From Candidatus Lustribacter sp. (GTDB lineage: Bacteria > Vulcanimicrobiota > Vulcanimicrobiia > Vulcanimicrobiales > Vulcanimicrobiaceae): a DNA stretch of 64,000 nucleotides. Below the pieces are notes generated by a model. It was not told the DNA's origin and did not search any database. It was given only the letters and a program-made list of their open reading frames with translations. The DNA is taken from positions 5,280,001-5,344,000 of the forward strand of contig OZ255842.1 of the NCBI GenBank assembly GCA_965277805.1, given 5' to 3'. This document shows positions 61,031 through 64,000 of the stretch, piece by piece. Each line of letters starts with the position of its first letter. Position 1 is the stretch's first letter. A program made the translations under genes and the position numbers.

Positions 61031-61786
61031 CTAGGTGAAATAACCAACGACTTGCACGAGCGTATAACTCGTCGGCGCCGAGACCGTGGTTCCTGTGCAC
61101 GAGCCGGGCGGCGTGCAGAGATACGTCGGAAGGGAGAGCGTGTTCGGCGGGTTCACGGTGAGCGCCGCGTCGAGCGGATTCGTTACGCTGTTGTTGTTTG
61201 ACCACCCGATGAAGCTCGTCGCAGACACCGACGGCGGATTCGTACCGGCCGTGTTCGTCGACCAGCTGCCGATGAAGAAGTTCGAGCTGTTTGTCGACGT
61301 GGCGATCGAATTCACGGTCATGTTGATGCTCGGGTTGTCGCCGCTGATGCTTCCCTGGTAGCCGATCAGCTGGAGCGTGACGTAGAAGAGCGGCACGAAG
61401 TTTGACGTAGCGAAACCCGGCGGCGCGTTCGCGAGCGCGGGGAGCCCGGCGGGCGGGGCGAGCGAAATCGAGCCTGCGTACGTTCCGGCGGTTGCGCCGC
61501 TCGCGACGGTCGCGAAGTTATTCGCATAGGAGCAGCCGCCGACGAGCGGCGTCGTAATCGTGGTCACGCCGACGATGTTGCCGGGCGTGATGTTCGCCGA
61601 CGTGGGGCCCGACGTGTTGCAGGTGGCGGTCGTGAACGATGCCGGGGGCAGCGTCGTGACGGTCGCTGTCGGCGTCGGCGCCGGGGCCGACGCTCCCGTG
61701 TTGTTTCCGCCGCAAGCTGCCAGCGAAATTCCCAGAATTGTCAGCAGCGCGCACAACGCGCCGGTATGGGATCTGTATTTCCGCAT
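61031..61786 (-). CDS. Thr/Ser/Pro-rich lipoprotein
   Basis: Lipobox LAAC, PTPT linker, paired Cys. Confidence 0.75.
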   Translation of the reverse strand: MRKYRSHTGALCALLTILGISLAACGGNNTGASAPAPTPTATVTTLPPASFTTATCNTSGPTSANITPGNIVGVTTITTPLVGGCSYANNFATVASGATAGTYAGSISLAPPAGLPALANAPPGFATSNFVPLFYVTLQLIGYQGSISGDNPSINMTVNSIATSTNSSNFFIGSWSTNTAGTNPPSVSATSFIGWSNNNSVTNPLDAALTVNPPNTLSLPTYLCTPPGSCTGTTVSAPTSYTLVQVVGYFT

Positions 61787-61830
61787 CGGGCGTGCTTCTC
61801 GCTGCGCTTCGTGAGCCCTCGGGCCGCGAG

Positions 61831-63270
61831 CTAGCCGGCGGTTACCGTGAATTTCGCGCGCGGAAAACCAAAACGCACGCTGCTTGCGATCGCGCCCGCG
61901 AAGGCAATGCTCGAGGCGACGAACAGCGCGGCCGAGATCGCGTTATGCGCGTGCGCGAGCGCTCCAACGGCTTGTACGTTGAGGCTGATCGAGAACGCGG
62001 CAAAGATGATCGCTGCACCCGCGACGCCGGTGGTTTGTCCGCCCACGCGCGTCGCAGCCATGATCGCCGAGGCGGAGGCCGTCTTATCGCGCGGTACGTT
62101 GGCCATCAGTTCGCGGCTGTTGGGCGCCTGAAACAATCCGAACCCGAAGCCGCAGAGCGCGCCGTGCAGGACGATCTCCCATACCGTGGCGTGCGCCGGC
62201 AGCAGCGCGTAGAGCACGAGCCCCGTGCCGAGCATGCCGAGCCCGAGGGTGGAGAGAATCGCGGCCGGATAACGGTCGGAGAGGCGTCCGGCGAAGTTCG
62301 CGGTCAGCCCCATCGTCAGCGGCCACGACGTCATCAGCAAACCGGATTGCAACGGCGTCACATTCATCACGACTTGAAAGAGAAACGGCAGCGAGACGAC
62401 GGCCAGCGCCGAGGCGGTATAACCGAAAATGCCTGCCAGCGATGCGAGCGCGAAGAGCGGGCGCTCGAAGAGGTCCACGGCGAACATCGGCCGTTCGAGT
62501 CGGCGCTGGCGCAAGAGAAACCAGCCGAATGCGCTGCCGCCGGCGATCAACTCGAGGGCAATCAGCGGGCGCGGATCGCCGTGTCCGAAGCCGTCGATGC
62601 CGCGCACGATCAGCGCAAAGCCGAGCGCGCTCGCGACGATGCTCGGAACGTGCACGGGTTCGCCGTGTCCGGGCACGAGCGGAATTGCGGTACGCGTTGC
62701 AAACCAGATCGCGATTCCGAGCGGCACGTTGATCAAGAAGAGCCACGGCCACGGCGCGATGGCCAGGATCAGGCCGCCGATCGTCGGGCCCGATGCAACC
62801 GCCGTCCCGATGACCATTGCGTTGATGCCGAGCGCGCGGCCAAGCTGGTCGCGCGGAAACACGGTGCGCAAGATCGCCGACGTCAGCGAGAGGATCGCGG
62901 CCGCACCGACGCCCTGCAGCATGCGCGAGGCAACGAGCAGCGTGAGATTTTGCGAGAGCGCGCAGAGCAGCGAGCCCACGGTGAAGATCGCGATGCCGTA
63001 GCGCCAGGTGCGCGCCAGGCCGTGCGACTGACCGAAGGACGACCAGGTGAACAGTGCGGCGGTGACCGCCACTTGAAACCCGTTGACCACCCAGATCGAC
63101 AGCGCGGGCGAGACGTGCATTTCGCGCCCGATCGTCGGGAGGGCGACATTGGCGATGGTGCCGTCGAGGACCGACATCGTCGTTGCGGCAGCCAGCGCGA
63201 GATATGCGCGCCGCCGCTGCCCGATCGGCAGCCCGTCCGACTCGAGCGTGTTCTCCAGGTCGTCCATCAT
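61831..63270 (-). CDS. DHA2-type MFS efflux transporter
   Basis: LDGTIANVALPTI, RMLQGVGAA, GPTIGG, about 14 TM segments. Confidence 0.92.
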   Translation of the reverse strand: MMDDLENTLESDGLPIGQRRRAYLALAAATTMSVLDGTIANVALPTIGREMHVSPALSIWVVNGFQVAVTAALFTWSSFGQSHGLARTWRYGIAIFTVGSLLCALSQNLTLLVASRMLQGVGAAAILSLTSAILRTVFPRDQLGRALGINAMVIGTAVASGPTIGGLILAIAPWPWLFLINVPLGIAIWFATRTAIPLVPGHGEPVHVPSIVASALGFALIVRGIDGFGHGDPRPLIALELIAGGSAFGWFLLRQRRLERPMFAVDLFERPLFALASLAGIFGYTASALAVVSLPFLFQVVMNVTPLQSGLLMTSWPLTMGLTANFAGRLSDRYPAAILSTLGLGMLGTGLVLYALLPAHATVWEIVLHGALCGFGFGLFQAPNSRELMANVPRDKTASASAIMAATRVGGQTTGVAGAAIIFAAFSISLNVQAVGALAHAHNAISAALFVASSIAFAGAIASSVRFGFPRAKFTVTAG

Positions 63271-63362
63271 CCGAGCTTCAGCTTTGCCGCGGGCCGTATG
63301 TTACCATCGCGCCGCGCGCGTCTCGGCGTTTCGGGCCGGGCAAGCGCGGGAAGAAGCCCCGC

Positions 63363-63782
63363 ATGGATCTCACTAAAGAAGTTCCGCGTAGCCCCAATGA
63401 CATGCTCGCGGGCATCGTCTCGCTGCCGCGCATGATCGACAAGACGCAAGCCGATAGCGAAGGTACCCTGGGTGAATACGACGTCGACTGCCCGCACGAT
63501 AAACCGGTGCTCCAGTTTCTCGGCGTCGACTATCCGACGTTTAAGGCGAAGCTCCAAGACCTGAAGTTCGACACCAACGCGGTCGGCGCGTGGGCGAAAC
63601 CGCTCGTCGACAAGCACAGCGCGGCCGAGATTGCGGCGTTCAACGACGCGCGTCGTGCGTGGGCTCCCGACGGCCACTCGCAGCAATATTTCGACAAGTT
63701 GAAAGCCCAAGTCGCGCCCAATCGCCCCGATGTGACGACCTGGTTCAAGCTGCTCGATCTCGACGAGAAGCGCGCCGCCTAG
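63363..63782 (+). CDS. DUF5069-like protein
   Basis: MDLTKEVPRSP..LPRMIDK..GEY..C..D..FLG, ending LDLDE. Confidence 0.75.
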   Translation: MDLTKEVPRSPNDMLAGIVSLPRMIDKTQADSEGTLGEYDVDCPHDKPVLQFLGVDYPTFKAKLQDLKFDTNAVGAWAKPLVDKHSAAEIAAFNDARRAWAPDGHSQQYFDKLKAQVAPNRPDVTTWFKLLDLDEKRAA

Positions 63783-63833
63783 CGCGTCCCGCTTCCCAGA
63801 ATTGGCCAAGTAAGCGGCCGTACGCTCCGGCCG

Positions 63834-64000
63834 ATGAACAAACGCTTAGCTGCCGCCCTAGCGCTCACGCTCACGCTTACGTTTGCGGGTTGCGGCGGTT
63901 CCGGGGCTTCCGGCAGTTCTGTGCCGGCGGCAACCGCCACGCCGGTCACGGCCACAACGCTCATCGGTTCCTACACGTGCCCGGCGGCGGCTACATCGTC
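63834..64000 (+). CDS. Lipoprotein (partial)
   Basis: MNKRLAAALALTLTLTFAGCGGSG, open to the window end. Confidence 0.7.
   Translation, partial: MNKRLAAALALTLTLTFAGCGGSGASGSSVPAATATPVTATTLIGSYTCPAAATS

Overview
High-GC bacterial chromosomal window made mostly of tightly packed housekeeping genes. The mix of a TonB-type outer-membrane receptor, an LCP protein, RNase J, an AceE-type PDH and many Thr/Pro-rich lipoproteins suggests a diderm Terrabacteria-type organism, possibly Eremiobacterota/Vulcanimicrobiota (inference only). Contents: aceE-aceF-lpdA-lipB-lipA operon with a divergent MocR regulator; mutY and nth; several ABC exporters; acyl-CoA dehydrogenase and scoAB flanking a MASE4-GAF-GGDEF-EAL plus kaiB-like cassette; corA; dnaK-grpE-dnaJ; htrA; rnj; a Tat-signal small protein plus amidase; ftsK; an IDH-family enzyme; a TonB-dependent receptor plus lipoprotein; mnmA, rodZ-like, yajQ, rimO, LCP, deacetylase and secA; a nonsense-interrupted diguanylate cyclase; MFS transporters; DUF5069. 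I saw no rRNA, tRNA, CRISPR, transposase or phage genes. Best leads: (1) a stand-alone 20-aa Lys-rich microprotein gene with its own SD and terminator; (2) an orphan, probably fold-locked KaiB coupled to a c-di-GMP phosphodiesterase; (3) a REP-like palindrome family that also enters coding sequence; (4) an 11-bp-period operator array before the TonB receptor/lipoprotein pair; (5) a possible Tat hitchhiker amidase pair. All calls come from motif recognition by eye; no searches were run.
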